Shown: positions 50,301 through 62,403 of the stretch, one piece after another
Position numbering within the stretch: the first letter of the stretch is position 1
Layout of the letters: every line of letters begins with the position of its first letter
DNA from: Ylistrum balloti
Lineage: Eukaryota
Length of the DNA: 64,000 nucleotides
Assembly: GCF_031769215.1 (NCBI RefSeq)
Contig: NW_026782626.1
Coordinates: 124,001-188,000 of the forward strand
Reading direction: 5' to 3'
The notes under the pieces: model-generated
Seen by the model: only the letters and a program-made list of their open reading frames with translations
Database searches by the model: none
What the model was told of the DNA's origin: nothing
Program-made: the position numbers and the translations under genes

Positions 50301-52624
50301 CGAAAAATCATAGCAGCTTTTGTTCAGCACATCAACTACAATGAATACTTACCACACGTCCTAAGTGACATACACATGCGAGTGCATGGGCTGTATTCTT
50401 CACCAAGAGGCTACAACAATGTGTATAATCCAAAGCTCAATCCTACGGCAGCCAACGTCTTCGGGGCGGCAGCCTTCAGATTTGGACATTCCAGTGTTCC
50501 AAGCTTCCAGGGAATAAAGGATCTGCACACTCAGTATGCAATCCAAGTACCAACAGAGCTTACTTACCTAAGACCGAATTTATTGTTTGCTGACAATGGA
50601 CAAGGTGTTGATAAAGTGAACTTTTGGCAGCTTAATTCTATACAAGCGAAACAGGATAGATTCTTTCAAGATGCTACAAGGAATGAATTATTCTTAAATG
50701 AAAGTGGTGACGCGCTCGACCTGGCAGCGATTAATATTCAAAGAGGGCGTGACCATGGTCTGCCTTCATACAATGCATGGAGGAAATGGTGTGGATTACA
50801 TCCTGCACTTCACTTCAGAGCGAGCCCTGGGGGACTCATACATCACGACCCTCTGTCAGCAATTCTTTTATCCAAAGTTTACAAGTAGGTAAATACGTAT
50901 GATGAGAGCATCCGCGCGAATGAAGATCAATTCTACATTATGGAGTTCACTTTCTATTATTTGTCAACAAATATTTCTTCTTTTCTTGCAGACAAACAAT
51001 GCCTGCAATAACATTGAAAACATTTGTGAAATCCGTCAAATCTCACGTTTTTTAATTTGTCTGATCTTGCATATTGTTGGTTGTCAAGCATTTTAGGTGT
51101 CATTTTAATAACATTAAAAAGATGTACCCGTATGAAATGTCACATAACTACAGTTATACTGATCACGTTCACAAAATATTTTATTGTTATTTACTTATCA
51201 AAGGCATCCCGATGATATTGACCTCTACACGGGTGGCCTATCTGAGGCTAAAATTAAAGGTTCAATTACCGGTCCGACCTTCTCGTGTATCCTAGCCAAG
51301 CAGTTCCAGTTACTGAAAGAGGGAGACAGATTCTGGTACGAACACAACCTCCCAGGTGTTGGATTTACAGCAGGTAAGTACAAAGCAAGTAAGGCTTATC
51401 GAACATTTCAGAAGGAAATTTGATAGAAAAACAAGTCTTTAACTGAAAAGACATCATCTTAATTACAACGTATATACGTATGTACATCGCTATCTAAATG
51501 TGTATGTCCATGAAATAATAAAAAGGCACAAATCGATATGGATAGTAGCATAAATTAGGCCACGAAATAAAGAGCTCATGAAAAATTATTTTTCGCAAAC
51601 CACGAAATTGAGCGTCACGGAAAATATGACTTTACAGTAACGTACTTAATGTCAGTGTTTAGACAACACAAACCTTGTTAGACATTCAACAATGTACATG
51701 TCCGTGTATATTTCTGCGTCCAAAATGAGTCCTATCAAAATTGATCCTAATTTGCCAATCTCTAGACTTTTCTAAAGATCATCATCTAGTATACTTCCTC
51801 AGCAATTTCATATCAAGAGAGCTATAACTACGCTGTTCAGGAAACATTTTTTTTCATATGATCAAGATTGACTTAGGCTACTTTAAAGTCAATATTCAAA
51901 TAATTTCCCTTTCAGCCCAGTTACATGAAATCAAAAAAGTTCGACTTTCTCAAATTATGTGTCGGAACACTCGTATTAGGCAAATCCAGAAAAATCCTTT
52001 CAAGGTACCTTCTCTGTAGTAAGTATCAATAAGGGTTTATTTTGCCTATCGGAACACCTGATCTTATTTCAAGAGTCTCCATGAAATGTTTCTCTGAAAC
52101 AGATTTTATTTAGATTGTATTGACATGTCTGTGTTATTGTTGTTGATTTGTTGTAATATGCTTTAAGGATATGTAAATTTAATTGTAGGAAATGAATTGA
52201 TTAATATGTATAATACATTTTGACTGAAACGATAAAAAAGTCAAGTCGATACTAATAGTTAATAATGAACTTATTATTTGAAAAGCATGGATGTTGTGTA
52301 CACATTTATAATCATCGTTGTAATCAACGTAAGAATATTTAAACGAAAAAAAAATATTATATAGGATTCTTTTGTCTGTTTATAAAACCTTTTTAAAGAG
52401 ATATGACATGTATGCTTATTTCGCAATGTAGCAACCAAATTGTTGGATGTGAATCTTTACCGAGAATCGACCTACGCCATTGGATTGAACGATCCAGACA
52501 CCACGTCTACGTATTTCCAGTGACGTCACGTCAATTCTTCAATTCAGCGGTGATGGTACCAAACAACCCCGTGCGTCTATGGACATTCGCGTTGCCTGCG
52601 ACTCTTCAGGCGATTAATTTGTGA
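41117..52624 (+). CDS. Secreted animal heme peroxidase-family protein (chorion peroxidase/peroxinectin-like), 12 exons, 753 aa, predicted catalytically atypical
   Basis: join(41117-41312,42188-42314,43443-43657,46334-46513,46928-46985,47286-47392,47659-47760,49297-49389,50167-50884,51204-51373,51916-52018,52432-52624) = 2262 nt, all GT-AG, phases consistent, no internal stop. Motifs: YRSADGTCNN, TSYIDASMIYGS, REHNR, AFRFGHS, INIQRGRDHG, GDRFWYE. Confidence 0.9.
41530..42160 (+). mobile_element. 5'-truncated CR1-like LINE 3' end in peroxidase intron 1
   Basis: NILHCRLR..SSLNYDLF..N.....CSCG...ED..HYLIHC..Y...R...LLNG....N....VQKFI.ASGRF* is a typical ORF2 C-terminus; 3' UTR ends near aataaa. 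Confidence 0.75.
42188..42314 (+). CDS. Peroxidase exon 2 (pro-region)
   Basis: tttcAG / GTAAGA, phase 1 to 2, open. Confidence 0.75.
43443..43657 (+). CDS. Peroxidase exon 3 (YRSADGTCNNLENPTWG...RYLPAAYDD)
   Basis: Family N-terminal signature; gaacAG / GTAGGT, phase 2 to 1. Confidence 0.92.
43670..45330. repeat. ~1.65-kb tandem array of a 35-bp unit (GAAGGTTTACGGTAGTGACGACGGTACGTATTATA-like), ~47 copies, in peroxidase intron 3
   Basis: Period 35 (e.g. 43810/43845); variants change along the array, with a 70-bp dimer at ~44630-45050. Confidence 0.95.
46334..46513 (+). CDS. Peroxidase exon 4 (distal-His region reads WGTITALD instead of WGQFxDHD)
   Basis: cacAG / GTACCG, phase 1 to 1; SPRVISN and LLMSWG anchor the alignment. 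Confidence 0.92.
46928..46985 (+). CDS. Peroxidase exon 5 (ITCC)
   Basis: ttgcAG / GTACGT, phase 1 to 2. Confidence 0.85.
47286..47392 (+). CDS. Peroxidase exon 6 (CFPIKIP..D.RF..NCMNFVRS)
   Basis: Family motif; aaaAG / GTAAGG, phase 2 to 1. Confidence 0.9.
47659..47760 (+). CDS. Peroxidase exon 7 (RNQINEQTSYIDASMIYGS, calcium-binding loop)
   Basis: ttacAG / GTAATT, phase 1 to 1. Confidence 0.92.
48609..48768. mobile_element. 160-bp MITE-like inverted-repeat element
   Basis: 27-bp TIRs aaatcagtcgacattgttgttgacatt / aatgtcaacaacaatggcggctgattt (25/27 match). Confidence 0.6.
49297..49389 (+). CDS. Peroxidase exon 8 (GFLKTGPGSLLP...C......CFDAG)
   Basis: aaaAG / GTAATA, phase 1 to 1; joins GDQR of exon 9. 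Confidence 0.88.
50167..50884 (+). CDS. Peroxidase exon 9 (GDQR, REHNR, proximal His FRFGHS, QRGRDHG)
   Basis: 718-nt open exon, tctAG / GTAGGT, phase 1 to 2. Confidence 0.96.
51204..51373 (+). CDS. Peroxidase exon 10 (HPDDIDLYTGGLSE...GDRFWYE)
   Basis: caaAG / GTAAGT, phase 2 to 1. Confidence 0.95.
51916..52018 (+). CDS. Peroxidase exon 11 (QLHEIKKVRLSQIMCRN)
   Basis: ttcAG / GTAAGT, phase 1 to 2. Confidence 0.92.
52432..52624 (+). CDS. Peroxidase exon 12 (NQIVGCESLPRIDLRHW... stop)
   Basis: tgtAG acceptor, phase 2, family C-terminal motif, TGA. Confidence 0.88.
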
Positions 52625-53570
52625 CAAAAATAAAGATTATGTAGTCAATGACTTCTTTTAGAAAATGTTTGCTTAATTTCTTAGCAATTATGATGTTTAA
52701 CATTCAAAACAGGAAAATTATTTATCTTGTCCGTGTGTCCACCACATAAAATAACATTTTTTAAAAAAGGTAATTAACTATAAGACTAGTATAATGAAAC
52801 GCTGTAAACATTTCTTCATGTGGTGTTTTCATACTTTTTACTCAGAATATAGAAGATCCCAACACTCTCCTCATCACTATATGATATAAAGAAGATATTG
52901 ACCAAAATGGCTACATATTTAGCACATTACTCACTCATTGTAACTTCGCAGTCCGCGAAAAGATATAGTCTAATTAAAAAATAGGTATTTATATACATAT
53001 ATACACACACAAATGAATTTCGTTGGGAATTTATTCTTATATTCACAAAAAAAGACATGTTACTTATTCATGTCACGAGTACTATGATTTGTAAAACTTA
53101 TTAAATGATATGTTCTCTTTTTTCATTGGTGTAAGTATGCAAAAGTATTACTTTTCAAAAGTGGAAAATACCAAATATATGCTATCTTTACTACTGAAAA
53201 ATAACACGTGTATAATGTTGCTGATTCTCTACATTTCAATGGCAATAATAGTGATAAATGAATTTGAGCATGTCTCCTTGCTCCCAGTGTATCTACAAAT
53301 AGTTTGAGATTGGCCACGAGAAGGTGGGGGGTAGGGTGTTTTCCACGTAATTCCGTGATTTTTAGAAATAAATGCAAGTAAAATAAAGATTTCTACAGAT
53401 CAAAGAACAAAAAAAAACTGTTCTCAAACACACTTCTATACTATGCAGCTGGTTGGCTAGCTTTAACACCATAAACATCGTCCGTTGTAATTATTAAAAA
53501 TGTATCATATCTATTAGGTTATGATTCGGTATGGAAGACTCTTATCAAGTAATGCCAAGTTCTAAATTAC

Positions 53571-56350
53571 CGGCATCAAAACAGAACTCCCCAAAATTAG
53601 ATAGTGTACACGTGCTGTTATCTGCTGGTGGGAGCAGGACACAGAACTCCCCAAAATTAGAAAGTGTACACGTGCTGTTATTCGCTGGTAGGAGCAGCCC
53701 TCCTGGACCCGTCTTCAGAAACCCTATTTCAATAACTGACATTTCACACCTGTTTCGTTATCAATAAATGGCAAAACTCGTAGTTGTTCCTATTGTTCAC
53801 AGGTATTACTCAAAGAACAACAAGATGGTATAAAATCTTTAAATCTACAAACGAAAGCGACTAACGTTGTTCTCTTTTCAACAAAATCAGAAAAGTTCGT
53901 CATCACGTGACTTCGTACTTTTTTTTATTTGTCTTAATTCACTTGAAAAAACAAGTCTGAAAACCAAGTTTGCGGCCATCAATTTTAGCGGGTGGACTGC
54001 TCACGCAAATACCGTAAACAGTAATGGCACGCGAATATTGGATTTTTTAGTACTGTAAAACTTTCTAGGAAACTAATTTTGATGATTCGAATTTTTGCTT
54101 CGGCCCGAAATTTGTTCCTATACATATTACTACTAACTTACCCGTTTATGGACTTTAAGTTTAATTACTCGATCTTTTCGATGTTTCGAGGTTTTTTCAC
54201 AGGCCGTAAGATATGATAGCACAGTCATTAACACCTCATAATTCCAGTTGATTCGCCCCGCGGTAGAATTTCACACATGTATATCAACATAAGGCGCTAC
54301 CTGACAAATGGATCACATTGTGATTTTCCATATTTTAGGAGGTTGATCAATAACTAGACACAGATGAAAGTTCAACTGCGTACGTAAAAGCCATGATATA
54401 TTTAATCAATAAGCGTAATGGTATGTCGTGTGATGTTCGCCGTCATTGTAATAATAACTTTCAAGTGATGCCTAATTACGGAACAGGAAAACATACGGAT
54501 TATGTCACTCGTTTACAAAGCGCCAATCACAGTTCTAAACATAAAAACGTCAGAAACATGGTGGTGATTTATCTGTAAATCGTTGTCCTACACTCCCAGA
54601 CTAGCCGTCGTCAGAACATTTATATTTTATGATCTAAGATAAATAACTGTCGTTTCTGAACTGAATACATTATGATCTTAATTTGCTTTCTTTCAAATGT
54701 TTAAATGCTTATAACGTGTATGCATTTGAATAATGACTGTAACACATGACGTCCATTTGAATGCTGTGGTTCGTTCCGTTTAAAATTGATTGTATAATAC
54801 ATATTGTGTACATGAAGGTATTTGCAAAGTTCATGCAATTTGAGCGAAATCGACGGTCACCTCCTGGTATCTTGATAGGAAAACAGGGAGATCTATTGTA
54901 ATAATGAAGACGGTTAAATATGATAACAAATGATAGCGATCTGCTACGCTAAGTAAATATTAAAATTTCTATGGTAGAGCGACACTTGTTGAAATAAAAC
55001 TAGATCTATCTCGAAATTATTCCATTTCATATTCACTTCTCGCGGCTTCTTTTTAATCATAGCTTTAAAAGGTATGGAATTTACTTACAAAAGAAATAAT
55101 ATATCATCGTTTTGTTTGTTTGTTTGTTTGTTTTTTTGTTTTTTTTTTTTTACATTTTTGTATTTTTTCTGTATTATCAGATAACTTATCTTCAACAATT
55201 GCGACGATTTTAACTTGTATGAACACTTGTTGGCCCGGATGCAATCACTCGAGGAGTCTTGCCTAGGAAGGAAAGCGGGGTACCCTCGAAGGTTGATAAC
55301 ATATCTTTTAACGTTGTTTGGTGTTACCACTGTGCCATCCGACCAATTAACTGAAAGGAGTATGTAAACAATGTATACAGTTACCAATACGTAACGTAGA
55401 TCTGATCCGCTACAGACTGACCGAAAGGACAACTCATAATACCGGAATTATTAAAACCTGCAACAATATGACAGAGCAAAATATCAGTCATAAAAAACCA
55501 TGGAAAAAGAAGAAAAACCTAAACAATATTCTTCGTTACATATCAGCCAAATTCATTCATTCAAATGTAATAATATGTGATATTTTACATACAACAACCA
55601 GTATATATGACGCAATACCTGACATGACGTCACGAAGGGCATGGTGATAAATTAATAAAACCCTATTGTATTGTGTAGTCAGTTTAACAAGGTACCTCTT
55701 GTAATTTGGATAGAGTAGAGTTTCTGAAAAACAGTTTTAATTTTCGTTGTTTGCAAAGACAAACTATCATCATGAAAAGGTGCTATATTGAAAATAGAAC
55801 ATACATTCATTTCATAATTTTCACGAAAAAAATGAATATGTTTTATTCCAATTGTATCTAAACATGAAAAGAATATACTGCTGAAAATAATATTTTTACA
55901 GTATTTCTGCTAAAATGAGCAGCGTCTTTTCTCAGTTAAGTGCCATACCTTTCGATACAAGTGTCCTTAAAAGATCAGAAACAGTTTATCTTCTCCTTCG
56001 TCAAGGTCACTCCGTCCAGTGCTGTGTAAGACATTGCTGATTACACGAGGACTAAATAGGCGTCCGCCATTTACACTGTGTTGTCGTGGTGTGTCTATAC
56101 CTGTAATCATAGAAACAAAAAATAGAACATGCTTAAAATTCTGTTCAAAGGCAGGTTTTTTTTCATCAAACACATCTTCAATTTTTGTTGGAAATCAGTT
56201 TTAATTTATTGTATAAAACCACAATGTATGATAGACTAAAAATAATGAATACTACTTTTTCTAAATAAAATTCTGGGTAAACTTATTATCGTGTCTTTAG
56301 AAAGCAGTTTGATACGCGTGTTGTAATAGATTGTGATGTCACTATATGTA
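53571..56350 (-). pseudogene. Inverted partial duplicate of the peroxidase gene: exon 4 (truncated, 55993-56100), exon 5 (~55400-55457, donor GT to CT), exon 6 (truncated, ~54823-54892), exon 8 (53571-53723, with 60-bp duplication)
   Basis: Direct alignment to exons of the plus-strand gene in the same order on the opposite strand; intron homology extends to ~56350. Exons 1-3, 7 and 9-12 not found. Confidence 0.9.
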
Positions 56351-58234
56351 CAATGACGTAACGTCATGAATTAAAAATGGCGCCTAAAAATGTCTACCTC
56401 TGTTTAATTTTGTTTTCCACATTTTTACTTTGAAACTGAAAATGTCACTTTTCTCAGCGATGTGGAAAATGCATCTTCAAGATTTAATACCATGTGAGAT
56501 ATTATAAAACTTGTCCCAAATATTTAATTTTACCCCGATAAAACTTTTATTTCTAGTTTCATAAAATATCATATGAAATGATAAATCCTTTGAGTTCCTG
56601 TATATATATATATATTGTAATATTGATTCTGTAACGATTTAATCAGAAAACAGCATGAAGTGGTAGAATGCCATGTAAATCAGCCTATAGATTGGTGTCG
56701 TCTTGTTGTCAAGGGTGACGTCAAATATCTGACGTAGACTCGCGCTAGAATTTCCTGAATTTAATTTTTAACACTTTTTATTCTACCTGTTTGTGTTTTC
56801 CTTTCAATGTGAAATAAAAGAAAATAAGTATTTCCAGTTAAATGTAAAAGGTATAAGCTGATTAACATACTAATTAACATACTGGGATCAAGCAGTGCAC
56901 TAATTAGGGGTTAATTTGAATAGGCAGGCCAATTAAGACTTATAACATAAAACAATGAAATACTGAAGTGTTTAGCATGGATTGACAATGTCATTCAGGA
57001 AGACATCGTTGAATAACGTAATATCTACCAGAGTGCATTGCTATATCCAATAACACCTCTTCAGTTTTTTCTGTATTATTATTTCGACAATAGATGTTTG
57101 TTCATCTGGAAAACGACTACATTAGTTTATATAAACGCCATGGAATATATGGCGGAAGATGAAATTTGAGTAAACAAGCACCAATCGTCGTGTTTACATT
57201 TTGTACTTTCACTTTTCATCTACCGACATATTTTTTGAGATACATGTTGATATACTGTGATATCAGTGATAACTGATGATACACCATTGGCACATAACCT
57301 CCAAAATGGCCAAATGTTGTTTTTAACTCTGATCGATGGCATACAAAACGATGTTGTCAGGGATGCCACTATCGTTTTGCCCGACGTCAAACTTTGACCT
57401 TGGCCGCGAGGTCAACTTATGTTGGTCCGTGAGCCGGTTAACAGAGATGTATTACGACTACTAAGGAACGACAGAGATATAATGGTGTATACGGTACAAT
57501 CCATCAAAATCAAACATACAGTGACAGACATTCGCGATCATAACTGAACGTAAGTTGTGATTTCAACGGCGAGGGCAATTCCGTTGAATGTGACTTTGAA
57601 TTAAAATTTATCGTGTTTGCAACAATGTGCTTGTGAATTTATTGAAAAATTGACATAATACTCAAATGTGAGTGGTGTTATTACACTTCCTGTAAACATT
57701 TACCTGTCACGCGCTATGACGCTACTCATTCAGAGAGTATCTATAAATTGTACGTTAAACTCCCAATGCATGTTTTTAATGTGTTTTAACATTTTTTATA
57801 CTATGGTGACAAAATATAAAAGTATGAATAAATCAGACACTGACCAGTGCGAGTTTTTTTCTTCTTTTTATTTCCCTTTTTCCTTAGAATGAGAAAACAG
57901 ATGAATATTTAACTTACCGAACCATAACGCCTTCTGGAACAAGAGCGTTTATGTAGTATATCAGCTCTTAGTGTTATATAACTTATACAGGCATAATACC
58001 TATACATATTTATTCTCATAACTTCTTTTTGTTCTGGTTATTTGGTGAAATATTCAATAATCGGGTCAAAACAAAAACAAAAACAAAAAAATCACATGAC
58101 TTTTCATATTATTAACATTAGAGTGACACAAATCGCGCATACAATTTCAGTATTTTTAGCACATTGCCTGTGGTATTCGCAAAATAGAGGGGTAAAGGGG
58201 GTAGGATGTTAATGAAACTTTGCATTGAAAAAAA

Positions 58235-58505
58235 TAGCTCCGCCAACGCGGGCAATACCCCACAGCCTTATTATAAAGTTGGAAATGTGTGGTTGGGGTG
58301 AGTGGAAAGTTATCTCAAGGATGGGTTGTGTAGGTCCATAGGCCCAACGTCCCCAGTGAAAATGGTGATGACCGGTGATGTAGTTTTTGAGATAATAAGC
58401 GGTATGCAATTGTGGACGGACGGCGAGACTGACGGACGGAGGGACTGACGGACGGACGCCGTGCGTGATCGCAATACCCCACACCCTTTCGGGCTGTGGG
58501 GTAAT
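58235..58505 (+). mobile_element. Non-autonomous Helentron/Helitron-like element (HINE/DINE-1 architecture)
   Basis: Motif gcaataccccaca at 58252 and 58471, internal (GACG)n microsatellite, and a terminal hairpin taccccaca-ccctttcgggc-tgtggggta. Confidence 0.65.
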
Positions 58506-58891
58506 GACTCGCTGGTCTTGGGGTTAGCTCTGCGATATTTCAATATTTTGTTTGTAAACTTAATGTAGCTTTCTTTCTATTTGTTCTTATAAAAGAAATA
58601 AATACATTTTTTATCTTGTTGGTACATTTTCTTTAGTTGATCGGTAAAATCAATATAATTACCATCCTTCTTCCTCAATGTATACAAGATATCTGCTGAT
58701 ATGTATGTGTCACTCTGACATTTGGGATATGCCATTAACTGAGGCGCCATCTACAGGACAAATGAGAAAAAAAATCGTTTTTGAATGATATTAAGTTATG
58801 AGAAATTAATCATATTCAGGGAAATAGATGTGGCCTCCTTTTTGCATTTAAAGGTCATCGCTCACAATCAACTGTTCATTTGACATATCTA

Positions 58892-59982
58892 CGAGGGCTG
58901 CTTGATAAGTTATGAACCTCTTATTTATGTGTTTGACTTTTGGCGGACATATTGCGGGTTTTTTTTTTCAACATAATCCTCTTCAGTGCACTTTTGCCAG
59001 CGATTTTTAAGGGACTCAATGCGACTTTTAAAAAAGAAAGACCTCCACTGCAGGTATATGTATGACGTCATCATCTGACCGAAAGCGGACATCGGAAATG
59101 GCCTTTGTGGAATTTTGGAAATAAATTTATGTCTGATGGAACGAGATCATGCGAATAATGCGGATGCTCAATCAATAATCAGAATACAATCAGCATCCCA
59201 GAAAATGGAGGCCATAACCTTTCCAACTGATGGAATAGTGCTTGCCTTCTTCGGCGGGGATGAACCAGTGATTTACCATTGTTTAGACTGTTGTTTGGCC
59301 TTTGGAATGAAATGATGGACCCACGTTTCATTCATAGTCACAAACCTCGCCAGAAAGTTAGCAGGACCTGCCTCTAAAAAGGTTCAGATTAGCACGTGAC
59401 AAATCCACTTGGTGTGCTTCTGATCAACTGTCGGAAGTCTTGGTACCCAACGAGCTGAGAGTTTTCCCAGTGCAACATGTTCTGTAAGAATGGAATGTAC
59501 TCTTTCCTGTAAAATTCAAACCGTACTGGCTGTATATCTCTCTGTAACTCACCTGTCAGCAATATCATTATCATGGACTTTATTGACCATTTCTGGCGTT
59601 GCAACAGTGACAGGCCTTCCAGGACAGGCGTCATCTCCAAGACTCTGTCTGCCATGCTTAAATTCCGCCACCCATTTTAAAACTGTAGTATATGAAAGGG
59701 AATCATTCTTCAGTGTTGCTACCATATCAGTATGGATATCCTTAGGTGCTAGACCTTTCCTATTCAGATTTTGAATCACTGCTCTTTTAGCAATGTTGTC
59801 TATTTTGCTAAAGTCATTTGCCTTGTTTACTTTTAGAGTGCTACCTCTTCGACATAAACTGACAAAATGACATCGGTCTTCGGGTCCACAGCCTTAAATA
59901 GTCAGGGAAAAGAATGTCTGGAAGAAAATATCCCTGCTTAAGTTCTGCAAAGCAAGGCTCACAACTTATCAATCAGCCTTCG
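58892..59982 (-). mobile_element. Defective mariner transposon with both TIRs and TA duplication
   Basis: TA|CGAGGGCTGCTTGATAAGTT ... AACTTATCAATCAGCCTTCG|TA (18/20 match). Transposase motifs: HTH (VLKWVAEFKHGRQSLGDD..PGRP), ARWVPRL, TMNETWVHHF and KVMASIFWD; frameshifts and an internal deletion. Confidence 0.92.
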
Positions 59983-60174
59983 TATAAAGAGCGAAAACGT
60001 AGTACATCTTGTACATTAATGTATGTGTAATATAGCTGCTTATGTATTTTTGTTGTATCAATGTGCTCTCCCTGTGAGAAAAAAAGACACAAAATACTAG
60101 GTAATGTAAATATAAACTTTTCATTTTACAACAATTGGGAAACAAGCTTTAAGCTCATATTAATCACTATTGTT

Positions 60175-60340
60175 GGTCCAGATAAGTGTGCAATGGGTGT
60201 TACTGACGGAGAAACCGGCATACCCTGGGAAAACCCACGTGGTCGGGAAGGTGAACCCTTACTTTGTCACGTCCGTTCCGGGAATCGAACCTCGGACGAC
60301 TAGGAAAAGTGAGTGTTACCACTGCGCAACCTGACCACAT
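60175..60340 (-). mobile_element. tRNA-derived SINE with V-SINE-like core
   Basis: Minus strand: box A/B head (ggttgcgcagtgg...ggttcgattccc) then gtgggttttcccagggtatgccggtttctcc, which resembles the V-domain consensus. Confidence 0.7.
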
Positions 60341-61009
60341 GCATGTACCGTTCTATAACGAATTTGGCAATAAAAGGTTATTTGTTTCCATAGAAATCGT
60401 GGTACCGAGGTAAACAATGGCTGTGTTGTGTTGTACTAATACAAGAGGTACCGAAATTAGAAAAGAAACATGTATAGCTAAAAGAATTTATTAGAATGTA
60501 ACAAATTATATCATCGCTTTGTGTCTAGACATCCCACATAAACTCTAGTGCCGACTTTCTACATATTTTATTTGCTAAGTAAATATTTAATTATTATTTG
60601 TCCGCGTCTCTAATTTTGGCAGGTTTTTTCATAATGCTTGAGGTATCTTGAAGTGGATTAAAGATCTATAAAAAATTAAGTTCTTGGCATCTCTTTATGC
60701 GGTGCTATTCAATATTCGAAAATCGCTTAAAATGGAACTTTTTAAGAAAATATAGCCTTTTCGAAGTAAGTGAGTGACGTATATGAAACAAAAGGCGCTT
60801 ATCCTTCCAGAACACCTTATCTTATTATCTTTGTATATTTTCGGTGACCTCCATATAAATATTTCCTTTGTTCATATTTTGCTCTCATTCCAAAGATTTT
60901 TGTTTGAACTATAGAAACATAGAAAACCTATCCCTTTGCCCGGTGAGGTTAGGCGCTCTTTTTTCTTCTTTCATTATATATATTTATATATAAAACAATT
61001 AACGAAGGA

Positions 61010-61125
61010 AGACAACTTTCGGCTCGTGTCCTGTCCAGGCCTCGAACTCACGATCCACGGAACCAAATCTGCTAGCCTAGGAAATTCCAGACTACCTACC
61101 GATTACATGACCTCGACATCCCCAA
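61010..61125 (-). mobile_element. tRNA-like SINE head
   Basis: Minus strand: box A-like ggtcatgtaatcggt and box B-like gagttcgaggcc; does not form a clean cloverleaf. Confidence 0.45.
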
Positions 61126-61344
61126 AAAAGGATGTTTGGAAGTTGTACTGATAGACAGCTGGAATTTTTTTCGTAGTTGAAAAATGTCTAATTACGAGAT
61201 AAGAACACCTGGATCGCAATGTAAATACATACATGGATAAGAATAGTACATACAATTGTGTTTAAAAATGTTGGTGAATTTACTGCCCTGTCAGGTCGCA
61301 ATGCGACATCGACATGCATGGCTATATATATATATATTCCAATA

Positions 61345-62403
61345 CAGTAAAACTTCGATGTGTCGAAGTTCAAGGGACCGTCGAGAAAACTTCGACACAT
61401 CGGGACTTCGACTCATGAATGGTGACCGTCCAACCACAAAAAATACACCTGATGTGTATTGTGTCCGTTTGTCTTATATGCAGAGTCCCTTATCAATCAA
61501 TATCTCGTGTTGATCGCTCGCATAATCTATCAAACATCGGAGAAAGGAAAAGAATTCATATGAATCTCAACATGTTTATTATAAAGAAAAAAGACATCAA
61601 ATAACAACGAATAACAATGCAACATACCACTTTCTTAGAATCATTCATACACAGTGCAGCATGGTTGTATCGGAGATGAGAGTTCGGTTCACTTCCGGTA
61701 TGTGTATCTTACTGATTTCGAAAAGGACGGAACAACATACATACGTAACACACATGTAAGAATGCAAGCACAATATACATTACATATCTTAGCACTACAT
61801 CGCAATGCAATATTTTCTTTAAATCCAAATTAAACAAAGAATGAACAACAAATTATATCTTAAGCACTAATAATGTCCGCTAGTGAAATGAAACGATGTC
61901 CTGAAAAAAAAATCACTAATACAGGAATCAGTCATGTTGCTCCAACGCGAAAAAATCCTCCATTGTCATTTGTTTCATGTCTAATCCACGGAGATAATGT
62001 CTATAGAACAAAACACTAATGTCACTGACTTTCGCACTGGCACGGTTAATGACTTGAGAATACAGCTTGTGTAGACAATCAGACATGGTCAGTGATTATT
62101 GTCACTTTGTGTCTAGCCCTTGCCTGTCCATTGTTCACGCTTCCGCCGAGGTGTGAAAACTGCCATGGGACACTCGTACAGGTAAAATTTTTGACTTCGA
62201 TTCATGTGTTGTGATTTCTTATGGTTTCTTAACCATGGGACCGGGAAAAAAGTTCGAATTAGCGAGAACTTCGATTCATAAAAGTTCGAGTCATAAATGT
62301 GAAATTAGTAGTATTATATAGGGGAAAAAATCGGGACTTGGCAAAAAGTTCGACACATCGAGAAATTCGACTCATCGAAGTTCGACTCATCGAAGTTTTA
62401 CTG
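61345..62403. mobile_element. 1059-bp non-autonomous TIR element with TA duplication, related to 38104-39049
   Basis: TA|CAGTAAAACTTCGATG ... CATCGAAGTTTTACTG|TA; repeated subterminal TCGA motifs. Confidence 0.9.

Noticed and set aside
51320-51340. Peroxinectin KGD/RGD integrin-binding motif
   Set aside because: The position reads LLKEGDRFW, so neither KGD nor RGD is present and the name peroxinectin was not assigned.
55180-55360. Open minus-strand stretch (VNWSDGTVVTPNNVKRY...) inside the inverted duplicate
   Set aside because: Not homologous to any peroxidase exon and no family recognised.
57290-57556. Near-open plus-strand frame ending at a GTAAGT donor
   Set aside because: Contains in-frame stops and has no recognisable homology or partner exon.
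61010-61125. Functional tRNA gene
   Set aside because: Box A/B are present but the acceptor and anticodon stems do not pair; treated as a SINE head. No true tRNA or rRNA gene was recognised in the window.
62040-62182. Signal-peptide-like first exon (WSVIIVTLCLALACPLF...) ending in CAG|GTAAAA
   Set aside because: No in-frame ATG, it lies inside a TIR element, and CAGGTAAA is part of the shared subterminal motif.
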